From Macrostomum lignano (taxonomy: Eukaryota), in the NCBI GenBank assembly GCA_002269645.1, contig NIVC01000909.1:1-64000 (forward strand): 64,000 bases of DNA, in the 5' to 3' direction. Under the pieces are notes generated by a model. That model was not told the origin of the DNA. It saw only the letters and a list, made by a program, of their open reading frames with translations, and made no database searches. This document shows, piece after piece, positions 51,885-64,000 of the stretch. How positions within the stretch are numbered: position 1 is the stretch's first letter; each line of letters opens with the position of its first letter. Position numbers and translations under genes: made by a program.

Positions 51885-53408
51885 TTACAGCAAAGAAAAC
51901 ACTCGAAGCCGGAAATTTCCACTGTCGGCAACAATCAGGAAGTGTCCTTTGTCCCCGGCGTCAATCGCAGCCAGCGCATCCGGGCAGCGGAGCGTGCTTT
52001 CGTCGTCACCCGCCTGGCCAGGGGAGCCAAGTGTTTGCAACGGGTCGCCGCTGTTGGAGAACACGCGAACAGTGTGACTCTCCGTCTCCGCTACGAATAT
52101 TCTGCCTTGAATGTCGATCGTAGCGTGACATGGCGCACTGAAGTTTTCCTCGGTTTTAGGAAAGCTATTAATTATCTCACCACTGAGGCTACTGATTTCG
52201 TGCAATTTACCCACTGAACTGTCAACCACTAGCACTTCTTTTTCGTGCAATAATATCTCGCTTACACAGCCTTTTATCAGTGAGCCGATGCTGATCATTC
52301 GCTCCAACTGATGGCTAAGATTCTTGCCAACTACTAGAATACACTTCGACTCTTGATTGAACAGGTACAAGTGAGTAGCATTTCCATCAATAGCGCTGAT
52401 GAACACGGTTTCTTGACTCAGCGTGTCTTCGGTGATCACGTGCTTCACTTCGCCGCTTAGGTCAGTCACTGTGACTGTCAGGATTTGAGCCACAAACAGT
52501 AGCTGCCTGTCATTGTCGCAGTGCAATCCGCTGATGGATTGATCATTGTTATCGAGCTCTGTATAGTACTTTAGCCTTGCCGTTCCGTCCAAGGACATCG
52601 CCAATAGGTAATCCACCGACTTCCAGTCGAATGATACAAATATGCACGGCTGAGGCAGAGCGACAATTCCCGAGTTCGACGTGTCAGCTTTCACTATTCG
52701 ACCCCACTGGTCACTACCGAATCCAGCCGTGTTTGAGCAGCACGCCAGGTGGCAGGGCTCGTCATCAAGATCGTCAATTACTGCTATCGACTCGCAAACT
52801 GACTTTGAATCACCATCGTCAAGCCAGAACTCGCTAATTACACCGTCCATGTGCCTGTCGATGATGAAGCTTAACTGCTGCACCCAGGTGGATACGTCGC
52901 CTACCGACCGTTCGACCAAACTGTGCTTGTCGTAAAACTTCGCACGGGCTTCCGTAGCCTCTTCCAGCCACAGTTCAGTTATGCCAGTCAGCTCCATCAC
53001 CTTCTTTATGTCACCGACCTCGCTAGCCTTCGACAGGTCCCGTTCGTACTGCTCAGCTTTGATGGCATCGCTGGACCTGTCGCTGATTGAATCGTGCGCC
53101 GTCTGCAGCCTGCTGACTATCCGATGCCTCCACCGCTGAAGCGTCTCTTCTAGCGCGTCGAATGTTTCATTGACTTCTTTGACTTCGGCCGCCAGGGCAC
53201 TCTGTCGAACCTGTATCGTCTTCTCGTTTTCACTGGAGTCCAATAGAGAACGCAAACTCTTCAACAGGCTGTTTTTACGCACGTCTGCATTAACTTTTTC
53301 TTTATTAAAATGAACCGGGCAGAGACGGATGCCTTGGCTAATTTCTGTCATCTTAACGAATCTGTTGCAGTACCGAAAGCTGCAGAATCTCGACTCGTTG
53401 GTGCTCAT
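51885..53408 (-). CDS. Intronless B-box-like/coiled-coil/beta-propeller (TRIM-NHL-like, no RING) protein, paralog 2
   Basis: 507-aa ORF, clearly homologous to paralog 1 (VRQSALAAEV, ISGLHCDNDRQLLF), with NHL-like PCHATIDIQGRIFVAETESHTVRVF and LIVADSGNFRLRVF. Confidence 0.82.
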   Translation of the reverse strand: MSTNESRFCSFRYCNRFVKMTEISQGIRLCPVHFNKEKVNADVRKNSLLKSLRSLLDSSENEKTIQVRQSALAAEVKEVNETFDALEETLQRWRHRIVSRLQTAHDSISDRSSDAIKAEQYERDLSKASEVGDIKKVMELTGITELWLEEATEARAKFYDKHSLVERSVGDVSTWVQQLSFIIDRHMDGVISEFWLDDGDSKSVCESIAVIDDLDDEPCHLACCSNTAGFGSDQWGRIVKADTSNSGIVALPQPCIFVSFDWKSVDYLLAMSLDGTARLKYYTELDNNDQSISGLHCDNDRQLLFVAQILTVTVTDLSGEVKHVITEDTLSQETVFISAIDGNATHLYLFNQESKCILVVGKNLSHQLERMISIGSLIKGCVSEILLHEKEVLVVDSSVGKLHEISSLSGEIINSFPKTEENFSAPCHATIDIQGRIFVAETESHTVRVFSNSGDPLQTLGSPGQAGDDESTLRCPDALAAIDAGDKGHFLIVADSGNFRLRVFSLL

Positions 53409-56133
53409 GTTGTCCTACTTTTTAGCTGATGGTTTCCAGACTCCGTAAGCCTGATTACTAGAATAGTTCCATCTGAGTTGCGCTCGGACTGTGCGATTTG
53501 GAGTGTGGCACAACACATGTGGTTAGTAAATATATACAGAAACTTTACACGTTGTGTACAAAAATAAACTTGCGGCTAATAAACTTGACACGAATCGAAT
53601 GTTTGGTCCAACGTGTACGAATGCGCTTCAGAATTTCGGTTCGGTCGGTTTGCGACTAAATAAAGAATTTTCGACCGATATTTTCATGCCAATTCTGGTA
53701 CATGCATTACAAATTTCAACTACAGATATAATCCAAGTATTTTAGTATAAATAGTTTTCCGTGTAGCTATAATATTCAAGTGTGTACAAAACTTAATTGC
53801 TGAAGCTCCAATAAAAATATATGCTCGGATCTATCAGAACTAAACAAAACTGAAATTGCACACTGTAGATGGCAGCTTGTGTTTTCTCCTCCCCTTCCCG
53901 GCCCTGACAAATGCTTTGCTACGCCGGAATGGATCGGAGCAACTCGGGCACACGAAATCCATGAACACGGGGCTAATTGACTTTCTTGCGCATGCGCACA
54001 TTCTCCAAACAAGAATTCAAGTCCCCCCCGGGCCGTCGAGATATCAAATAATTCTGCCAGAAGGTCGCATTTCCCCACAAAGCTCTAGTGTATTCACCAC
54101 TCCATTATATGCGCCAATCAGCACTGCGCCTTGCGCCCGTACATTAGTTCGACGTCGGCGACATCGCCTAAAACGTTCCGAAGTCTATTTGCGTCGCTGG
54201 AAATATGTACTTTTTACTTTGCACCGACGTATGACGTCAGCCGTCGATGTACATGTATACCGACGGGGCGGCCTTGCCAAGTCTCCAAATTTCATCAGCG
54301 CACGTCACATCGGCTAGTAGGTGTCGTCTGCATCAGCTCTGCCTTCGGTGTTCATTGGCCTTCTCTCCCAGGCGGAGCAATTCTAGACCTTCAGAAATAT
54401 GAAAGGGTGTCACTGGATCGACACGCTATAGCCTGCGTGGCCGATGACCATCATTTAAAGCAAGACATGTCATTCATTTGCTACACATGTACATGTATAT
54501 ACATGAGCGTGTATACAGTATATTTAGCATGAATATATCAGATAGTTCTTATATTTCCGTGTGAGTACATGTTCAATCAATTCTATAAATTATGGCTAAC
54601 GTATCAAAACAAACGGGCGCTCTCTCCTTCCTCATTGTATAGAATCCACTGTAAATGTCGCGTATTCATTACATTCAATCGATGATCGTCAATGATTCAT
54701 TTATTAGAAGTGCGTAAATAATGTATTTACCCGAAGTGATTGGCCACAGGGACTACTTTAGTAGGTCTGGGTGAATGTGTCTATGTACATTTACATGTAT
54801 TTGTACATACATATAACAGTACATGTATATCAGCAAACAGGACTAGACTACTTATAGAGTGAATCGAAATTGGTTACAGGGAAGTGAAATACAGCCGCTA
54901 ACAAACAAGGAATACGCGGGCGGCTTTGTTAAAGATATTTAGTTGTACGTACTGTGTCCAACTATTCCATCTGAATGTATTGAAGAGAAAGTAACATGTT
55001 TTTGATTTGATTATCAAATGACATTTGGTTATTTTATTTGTAAAAACGCTAGTTAGATTTTTTATGTTGAAAAAGAAAAAAGAATTTTTTTAAACTGTTT
55101 AGAGTCAGTTTGAAATTACCTTTAAAAAATTCAAACGAACTTTGTTTAAGCTTTTGTGTAATTATCGGGAGAACTAATTTAAACTAGCCATTATTTCATG
55201 GCTTTCTGAGAAATAATAACTCGCTTCATGCACCTTTGCCTTTGCCTATATAGTATATTAAGATTTAGTATATTTAGATTATATTATTAATGAAACTTGG
55301 ATTGAAACTTTTGTTTTATTTTATACGAACTTAGAATAGTGAGAACTGCAAAGGTTAATCGAATCATACTGATTACCGATTCAATCAAATGCAAAAGCCT
55401 TTATCTCTTATCATATGTTTCATAATGTACTAGAAATAGTTCTAATGAAATAGGTAAAAAAATTTATAATTAAATATAAAATAAAATGTTTATGCTCATT
55501 TTAAAATGGCTGTAAGTAAGATGTTAATCATCATGCAATGCATTGGCCTCAAATGTTCTGTTTCTGTTTCATAGCAACTTAATGTAATAATGTCATGATA
55601 GTTTGATAGGTAATAAGGCGTAGTATTTTCAATATGCATGCCCAAAAACCTAACCTAACCATGTAGGGTATGGAATGTATATAATATATCCCCCATATAT
55701 TATTATATTATTATCAAGCTTTTAAGTTTTTTACTAATATTTACTAAATGCAAATGCAATAATATTCATTGAATAGGAAGCTATAAAATTGCTTTCCATT
55801 TTGTATGTTTTAATATTCCATTAGTATAGAAAGGTAATTAACTAAGCAATGAGAATATTAATTTTAAATTTCAAGTATGCACTAATGGAACTTTTTAAAT
55901 AAGAAAGAATAATGCTTTTAGGGAGGAAATAGTAATATAGTAATATAATACCCATGATACATATAACTAATAATAATGCCAATATTTTAAAGAGATCTTT
56001 GCCACAAACCTATTTTCTGAAACTTATAGATAGAAATATTATTGAATAATTTCAGTTTTAAAGCAACTTTGAATCTAAGCTAAAATTGCTTCTTCTCTTC
56101 ATTATAATTTCAGCTTATATATATTAAAACATT

Positions 56134-59100
56134 ATGTATGCACACCAATTTTCTAATGGAGACATCTTAGTAGAGCAACAAAATTCATCAAGTCCAACTG
56201 TCTTATCTGACTGTGTTCAAGATTTGGCTACTAGCATCTATGCTGAATTTGAAAGGGTTGTACAGAGGTATGTACTTCTATTTTTCTTAGTGGTTAATAT
56301 AAGTAAAATGTATTGAACTAACAAAAACCATATAATCCAATTAAATTGAAAAACTGACCACCTACTTTACCAACCCACTGACTGCCCTACCAACTTGGCT
56401 GACTATTTGGCTGACCAATCCACTGACCAGCCTACTGGCTAACACACTGACCAATCTACTGACCAGCCCTCTGATCAAACTCTCTGACCAACCCACTAAC
56501 CCACTGACCAACTATAACCAATCTACTGAACAACCTACCAACCCATTGACCAACCCTCTGACCAACTAACCAATCTATTGACCGACCTACTGACCAACCC
56601 ACCAAACCACTGACAATCCCATCAACCTACTGACCAAACCACTGACAATCCCATCAACCTACTGACCAACTCTCTGACCAACTAACCAATCTACTGACCA
56701 TCTCACCAGCTTACTGACCAACCCACCACCAGATATGACGAAGACGCAGTCCGAGGCCTGATGCCCCTGGTGGTTGGCGCCCTTGAATCTCTCGAGTCCT
56801 CTTTGGCGTCGCAGTCGGACTTGCAGGCCGAACTGGGGCTGTTGCGCGCTGAGTCCGCCAGTCAGTTGGAGCGCGAAATCCGCGCCAGGCGCCAGGTTGA
56901 GGCGCTACTAGCCGCAGCTGAGGAGGCCGCATCGGAGGAGCGCGAGGCCTGGCGCAGGACTTCAGCGTCAGAAGCCGAGGCGCGTCGGCGACTCTCTAGA
57001 AGATTGGAGGAGGCTGCGGCTGCTGATGAAGGCGAGGATCAAATTGATTCTATGGGCTGGCATAATTATAGAATAATACTGAAGTAACTGATAGTTGACA
57101 ATGTGAAGTTTGTGGTGCTTCAATTTTTTTAGATTTGAAGGCATTCAAAGAAACGGAACGACTGGTTGACATATTGAATGGAGAAATTGGCGAACTGCGT
57201 GAGGCAGTGTAAGTTATTTTTTATTTTGTATTAAATAGACCTTATGCAATAACATACAAGTATATATATATTCGTACAGATAATTTCGGGGGTTACCATC
57301 TTCAGAAGCGAACTTCAGTCTACTAAAGAACGACTAACGGCTCGCGTGAGCTACGCGGATAGGTGAGCGTGTAAATTGGATCCCTTCTACCCCATTGGCT
57401 ACAACTCATTGGATCCCTTCTACCCCATTGGCTACAACTCATTGGATCCCTTCTCCATTGGCTACAACTCATTGGATCCCTTCTACCCCATTGGCTACAA
57501 CTCATTGGATCCCTTCTACCCCATTGGCTACAACTCATTGGATCCCTTCTACCCCATTGGCTACAACTCATTGGATCCCTTCTACCCCATTGGCTACAAC
57601 TCATTGGATCCCTTCTACCCCATTGGCTACAACTCATTGGATCCCTTCTCCATTGGCTACAACTCATTGGATACCTTCTACCCCATTGGCTACAACTCAT
57701 TGGATCCCTTCTACCCATTGGCTACAACTCATTGGATCCCTTCTACCCCATTGGCTACAACTCATTGGATCCCTTCTACCCCATTGGCTACAACTCATTG
57801 GATCCCTTCTCCATTGGCTACAACTCATTGGATACCTTCTACCCCATTGGCTACAACTCATTGGATACCTTCTACCCCATTGGCTACAACTCATTGGATC
57901 CCTTCTACCCCATTGGCTACAACTCATTGGATACCTTCTACCCCATTGGCTACAACTCATTGGATACCTTCTACCCCATTGACTACAACTCATTGGATCC
58001 CTTCTACCCCATTGGCTACAACTCATTGGATCCCTTCTACCCCATTGGCTACAACTCATTGGATCCCTTCTACCCCATTGGCTACAACTCATTGGATCCC
58101 TTCTACCCCATTGGCTACAACTCATTGGATCCCTTCTACCCCATTGGCTACAACTCATTGGATCCCCTACTAAACTAGAACTAATTTATTCTTCTTGGCC
58201 TAAAACTAGTTATTGCACTATAGTGGCAACATTCCAATTATAATCCTACTTTAATCCTTTAACCCACACAATTTGCAGAGACAACGAGAGTCTCCTGAGA
58301 CAACTCTGTCAAGCGGAGGAAAGCATCGTCAAATTCCAGACACAGCTGAGCAGCGAGACAGCTACAGCAGACTCTTCAGCTCAAACAGATGACACCGTCG
58401 AATGCGGCAATCACCCAGCTGTCACTCAAGTCGAAGTCACTCGATTATTAATGGAACGAAATGCCTATAAGGAGCGACTGATGGAGCTGCAGGAGGCAGT
58501 GAAAAAGGCTGACTGCATGCGAGCCGCTGCTCGACTGGATCAGATGAGGCGGCGCAATGATGAAGATGCTCAGGCTAAGGTCAGCAGCCGGGGACGCCAG
58601 CGCCAGCGGGGACGCCGGCAACAAGAGAAGCCTCAGCTTGAAAGTGGCGGCAGGGTCACAGCTGCCGTGCGAAATCTGTGAGTTTTGAGTCTTGCTTTGG
58701 CGATTTTGGCGTTATGTGGCAAACTATGCAGGACATTGGCACCAGAAATAGGTAATTAGAGCGTCGGATTTGAAAGGTCGGGGGTTCGATTCTCGATCCC
58801 TTCGGAACAATTTGTGTCCTTGAGCAAGACACCCAACTCTGCATTGCTTCAGTTTACCCAGCTGTAAAATGGGTGCCAGCATTAGCTTGGGTAATTGAGG
58901 CTGTGTGGCGACCCCCCAGTCCTTGGACTGAACAGCCGAATATAGAAAAATGTGTAGGACAGCGGCGCCAAATATAGGACTGTGGCGCCAAATATAGGAC
59001 TGTGGCGCCAAATATAGGACAGTGGCGCCAAATATAGGACAGTGGCGCCAAATATAGGACAGTGGCGCCAAATATAGGACTGTGGCGCCAAATATTGGAC

Positions 59101-59541
59101 AGTGGCGCCAAACATAGGACTGTGGCGCCAAATATAGGACAGTGGCGCCAAATATAGGACTGTGGCGCCAAATATTGTACAGTGGCGCCAAATGTAAGAC
59201 TGTCGCACCAAATATTGTACAGTGGCGCCAAGTATAGGAGAGTGGCGCCAAGTATAGGACTATGGCACCAAGTATAGGACAGTGGCGCCAAATATAGGAC
59301 AGTGGCGCCAAATATAGGACAGTGGCGCCAAATATAAGACAGTGGCGCCGGCTAAGTATAGGATTTTACTACAATACATGTAATCCTGTGATTTTAACAA
59401 ACTTCGTGTATTTTATTATATTTGATTATGATAATTAAAACTAATTTATTATAACAAAACCGCATCTTATCTCAGATTCGGCGGTCTATGGAGCTCATTG
59501 ACAACGGGACCTGCCCAGCCAGTTCTGGGCACTCCAGTTGA
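56134..59541 (+). CDS. Short JIP3/JIP4 (MAPK8IP3/SPAG9)-like RH1-RH2 adaptor; exons 56134-56267, 56733-57031, 57133-57208, 57306-57362, 58279-58579, 59476-59541; 310 aa
   Basis: RH1 VLSDCVQDLATSIYAEFERVVQR|YDEDAVRGLMPLVVGALESL and RH2 VEVTRLLMERNAYKERLMELQEAV match recalled JIP3/4 motifs. The six exons total 933 nt, in frame, with one GC donor. Confidence 0.8.
56360..56730. repeat. Loose ACTGACCAA-based repeat in JIP-like intron 1
   Basis: Many ctactgacca/ccactgacca units. Confidence 0.75.
57376..58170. repeat. 33-bp minisatellite in JIP-like intron 4
   Basis: Unit TTGGATCCCTTCTACCCCATTGGCTACAACTCA, ~24 copies, starting 14 nt after the donor. Confidence 0.96.
58745..58955 (+). mobile_element. 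tRNA-derived CORE-like SINE
   Basis: tRNA head with B-box ggttcgattc, followed by gtgtccttgagcaagacacccaactctgcattgcttcagtttacccagctgtaaaatggg, which resembles the MIR/CORE domain (gtgaccttgggcaagt..cttaacctctctg..cctcagtttcctcatctgtaaaatggg). Confidence 0.75.
58960..59350. repeat. 20-bp minisatellite (GTGGCGCCAAATATAGGAC[A/T])n at the SINE 3' end
   Basis: Directly visible, ~19 units. Confidence 0.93.
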
Positions 59542-60439
59542 TCTGAACCGCTCAATGCTGTTGGACTGATTCAACCGGACTCAAACTACGCCATAGTCAG
59601 TCTTTCTGTGCAATCCACCAACTCTGGCGGTGAATTTTAATTTATTTCTGACGCGCAACCTGCCTATTTGTCTGCGCTGATTACTAACCGCGCCCAAGTC
59701 TGCTTAACCTGTAAGTGCTAGATACTCATAAGAAATTTTTTCTACATCATTTTTTCAAGAAATAGTAAATCAATATCGTCTTTGAAATGATTATTAATAG
59801 TTTTCTTGTCACCTCCTTGTCACCGTTCTCAGTGTACTTTTATTGAGCTCTTTGTACTTTTATATTTTAATACGTTCGTAATAAAATATTTTGTTATTAT
59901 TACATTAATAATTGTGTATTTCACAATTTGGCTATGAAGAAACGATTATGTACAAACACTTAGGCAGTGTTGTTTTACACAAGATTGTAAACTTTTTTAC
60001 ATTTTCCATCTCTTTACCAAATGTATTTTAGACGCTCCGACTTCATACTCGTATTGCTGCAGTTTCAATTGTGCTTCCATCTAAATGCTTTTTTGAACCT
60101 AATTCTGGCCAAAAATACACACTTTTATATAATGCAAGACATCATCGCTTGTTGACTAACGATTCAAGCAAATCGTAAGTTTTTGTTCCGGATGAGCTCG
60201 CCAGTTACAGTTTGTGGCAGTGTGTGGCAGTTTGCCACCCACATGAGCTCGCCAAACTCTCTAGTGAATCTTGTGCGTCTGGGGCGACTCTTGTGACTGT
60301 TTAACAACTCAAACGCGTCAAATGCGACTGAGAGGCAACTGTTGCATCACAATCGCGTCACGTGATTCTAAATGTGACTCCACTTCATCAAGCAGTGACG
60401 CCACAAAAACGACTCTACGGTCCCAGAAGCGTTATACCG

Positions 60440-61050
60440 TCGCCCCAGAGTAACTAGAGTCGCCCCAGAGGCACTAGAGTCGCCCCAGAGTCACTAGAGT
60501 CGCCCCAGAGTCACTAGAGTCGCCTCAGAGTCACTAGAGTTGCCCCAGAGTCACTAGAGTCGCCCCAGAGTAATTAGAGTCGCCACAGAGTCACTAGAGT
60601 CGCCCCAGAGTCACTAGAGTCGCCCCAGAGTCACTAGAGTCGCCCCAGAGTCACTAGAGTCGCCCCAGAGTCACTAGAGTCGCCCCAGAGTAACTAAAGT
60701 CGCCCCAGAGTCACTAGAGTCGCCCCAGAGTCACTAGAGTTGCCCCAGAGTCACGAGAGTCGCGCCAGAGTCACTAGAGTTGCGCCAGAGTCACTAGAGT
60801 CGCTCCAGAGTCACTAGAGTCGCTCCAGAGTCACTAGAGTCGCTCCATAATCACTAGAGTTGCCGCAGAGTAACTAGAGTCACCCCAGAGTCACTAGAGT
60901 CGCCCCAGAGTCACTAGAGTCGCCCCAGAGTCACTAGAGTCGCCCCAGAGTCACTAGAGTCGCCCCAGAGTCACTAGAGTCGCCCCAGAGTCACTAGAGT
61001 CGCCCCAGCGTCACTAGAGTCGCCCCAGAGTAACTAGAGTCGCGCCAGAA
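60440..61050. repeat. 20-bp minisatellite (GTCGCCCCAGAGTCACTAGA)n, intergenic
   Basis: Directly visible, ~30 units. Confidence 0.95.
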
Positions 61051-61737
61051 TCGTATCAGAGTCGCAGACAATAAAACGCTTCAAAGTGATTCTGGGGCGT
61101 CTCTTTGACGACTTTTTGGCGACTTGAACCGTGACATCTCATCGTTTTAGAGCCGTCTTAGAACCACTTCTTTCCTATTCTACCTGTGTCATCTGCAACG
61201 CGTCTGAAGCGACTCTGGAGAGACGCAAGTGACTCCGTAACGCTTCTTGGCCTTGGCCTAGGTATTATTTTCATCGGGATTGGCCTTCATGACTGTGAAT
61301 CGCACATCACCCCCCTGGCCAAATTTTGTGCAGAAAAGCCCGAAACGAATCGAACCAGGGGTCGTGACACGAGTGTCGGACGCGTTCACCCCCGTCTACC
61401 CGTTATTGTGTTTGTACAATAACCATCCTAATCACTGAGTAGTCAAACTAAATTAAGAGCAAGAACAACAAATGTTTGAGTTCACGGATTCGATATTTTC
61501 TATTTAAGCATCTAAGAAAGAAAATGCACGTCTTCCATTGTTTTGTTTGCTAACAAAAAATGGCAAAAACTGAAGAGCCAAATCTTCAAGCAGTTGCTGA
61601 CACAGTCGGTTTGAGATGAGTTTGGAAAAAATTCTGATAGGAGGAAACATATGAAAACGAAAAACGAGTGCGCATTTCCGGCTGAATTCGGCGAGTCAGT
61701 TGTCAGCCGTGTTTTCTTTTCGGTCTGGTTCGACCAG

Positions 61738-64000
61738 TTAATCGCGTCGCTTTGATGCCTTCCGATGGGCGCTCATGACGCCGCCGCTGCTCAGCCTGCG
61801 ACGGCGAGTACTGGCGCGGCTTTTCGACAGCTTGGCCGCCTCTGCCGCCGACTGCGGCGCTACCGATTTTGACGATTTTCTAGTCAACACTCTGGGAAGA
61901 GCCGATCGCCATACAGTGTCCAGCTGCGTTGAAACGTCCTGGTTGTGCCTGTTGTTCAGCAGCATCCTCTCCAGCGAGTTCACTTCGCCGCGACCGGCTG
62001 CATTGGACACCTTGAAGATGCCGCTGCCGTAGCTCTGCCTCATGGTGCCTCGGCCAGGCTCGATGTGCCTCCGGCCGCTGTTCTTCGGCACCAGAGAGTC
62101 GCGCCGACGGTCGTACACGTAGCTGATCTCGTCCGGTCGGGCTCGCTTGCCCCAGCCGGAGTCCGCGCCGATCATCAGCGCCTGTCTGGCACGCTGGCGA
62201 AGACCCGGATCCAATGACGTGTTGTGCAGCGTCGACAACAGATGCTTCAGGTGCTTGGCCCCCGGGCTTATGTTACTGTTGGTCTCCGGGGTGTCCATCA
62301 CGACGGGCTCCTGAGCGTCATCCTTAGGTACAGCCGACACGACAGGGGCCGGCGCCTCCGCCATGGCTGCAGTGGCTGATGATCGTGAATTGTCGTGACT
62401 CTCCCGTCTGCCCAGCTGCTCGGAGACTTTTGAGAAGGCCAGAGCGATTGACTGCGTTTCTGAGATGCCTGCCGCATCCGGACCAGGCTTGAGCGACAGC
62501 ATTCTCTCGTGGTTTCGGTCCCACTCCCAGCGGAAGTTTTGCCGGTCCCAGGTGTAAGTTGGATAGTTCTTGTCCTGGCGGGTCTCCATGTAGGCTCGCA
62601 GTTCGCTGTCCCCGATGTGGGGATTCTTCCAGATGCCGGGCAGATCAAAAATCTGCAGCAGTACCTTGCGGATGGACATGTAGCCTTTGGACACGTTTGA
62701 GTTGATGTTAGCCAGCTCAGAGTTCATCGTTTGAGCGTCGTTCATTTGACGCAGAGTGCCGCGCAAATCTCGCGTCTTCCTGTGCAACTGGTCGATAATG
62801 TTGCGAATGTCGGGCACCTCGTAGGAATGGATCTTGGCTATGGTGTCCATCATGGAGTACAGGCTCTCCGCTTCTGACGGTTCGCCCCACCAGGTCTTCT
62901 TCATGTTGTTCACCAGATTCCACTTGGCTGATTCTTCGGCATTCTCGCCGACTAGAGGCCCGATGAACTCCTCGGACCAGGGCAGGGCGTCGTACAGTAG
63001 GGTGAAGACGATGTAGAACCAGCTCTCAATGTCCTGCGCGTAGTTTGGCTTCTCGTTGAGGAAGGTGTCAACCGCGATGAACTTGCGGGAGCCCATCCAC
63101 TCCGACGCGCAATCGTTGCCTATCTGGAAAAAGAGAATTGAGATTGGATGGTCGCGCTTTGGCAGATTCTGAAGGGGTTCCATTTATGGCATTAAAGGGT
63201 GCCGAATTGGTTTTGACCGATTGGTTTTGACCGATAACCGATTGGTTTCAAGTACGACCGTACATGCTTATGCTTCTCCAAGATTTTGGCTAAACATAAC
63301 TGTCCGTCTCCTGCATCAATTGGATTTAGGATCATTGAGATCCTATAGGTGGAAAGCATTTCTAACGTGCTTGAGACGCAATCTTCCCCTAGTGAGCTGT
63401 TTGCGTCAAGCTCTTCCCTAGCAAGTAATAACTCCAGCTCTTGCCAAATCGAACAATTATTTAATCAAAATTGACGCACCTGTTTCGAGAAGCCAAAGTC
63501 CAGCAGGTACACAGTGTTCATAGCTCGCCCGTTGCCAACCGCAATATTGTCCGGCTTCAGGTCATGGTGCACGAATCCGGAACGGTGCAGGACGTACAGC
63601 CTGCACAGAAACTGGTCCGCAATTCTGAACACCGTTCGCACCTGGAAGAACGTTTTCAACTTGTTGTCGGAGTACCAGGGCTCGAAGTAGTTGCGAAAAT
63701 CGTCAATAGACGGGCCAAGCAGCTCCATGGTCATGAAAGAGATCTTAGTTACGCCCTCCAGATTGCGGTTGTGCGTGTCGGCGAAGAACTTCACCTCTTC
63801 GCCTTGCATGTTCAGGTAGGTGAAAATGTTTTTGTACTTTGGATTCACTCCGTACTGCAGCTTGTCGCCAATGTAACCGAAGTCGAAGACCATCGGAAAG
63901 CCCACCAATAAGCGAGGATATTTTCGCCAGATGGTGTCCATGATGAGGAATTCCCGACGTAAGAATAGAAAAAACCTTGTGGCGCCGTCTTCCAGGTGGG
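61738..64000 (-). CDS. Divergent casein-kinase-1-family Ser/Thr kinase, 5'-truncated by the window; exons >64000-63480 and 63123-61738
   Basis: Contains MELLGPSIDD, RTVFRIADQFLCRLYVLH, HHDLKPDN, VYLLDFG and DIESWFY..LPW, which are CK1-type subdomains. The intron CAG|gtgcgt..ttccag|ATA is phase 0. The frame stays open to the window edge. Confidence 0.85.

Overview
Eukaryotic (animal) genomic DNA with spliceosomal introns, GC-rich exons carrying poly-Ala/Gln tracts, and a tandem-repeat array in most introns. The style suggests a Macrostomum-like flatworm, but that is an inference only. Host genes supported by motifs and splice-phase checks: a CDR2/CDR2L-like coiled-coil protein, an orphan single-pass membrane protein, Hsp10, two tandem kappa-class GSTs, an LDB/Chip LIM-domain-binding protein, a LanC-like protein (LANCL3 type), two convergent intronless B-box/coiled-coil/beta-propeller (TRIM-NHL-like) paralogs, a short JIP3/JIP4-like RH1-RH2 protein, and the 3' part of a divergent CK1-family kinase. 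The standout is a ~10.4-kb Mutator/Foldback-type DNA transposon at 13514-23914. It has ~2-kb bipartite terminal inverted repeats and an 11-bp target-site duplication. Besides a DDE transposase it carries a spliced USP (peptidase C19) deubiquitinase gene and a third repeat-rich ORF. The window also holds a hAT-type MITE (one fresh copy, one CpG-decayed copy), two tRNA-derived SINE families and about 20 tandem-repeat arrays. Several genes are broken by single-base changes in homopolymer runs, which may be assembly errors. All calls were made by eye with no database searches.
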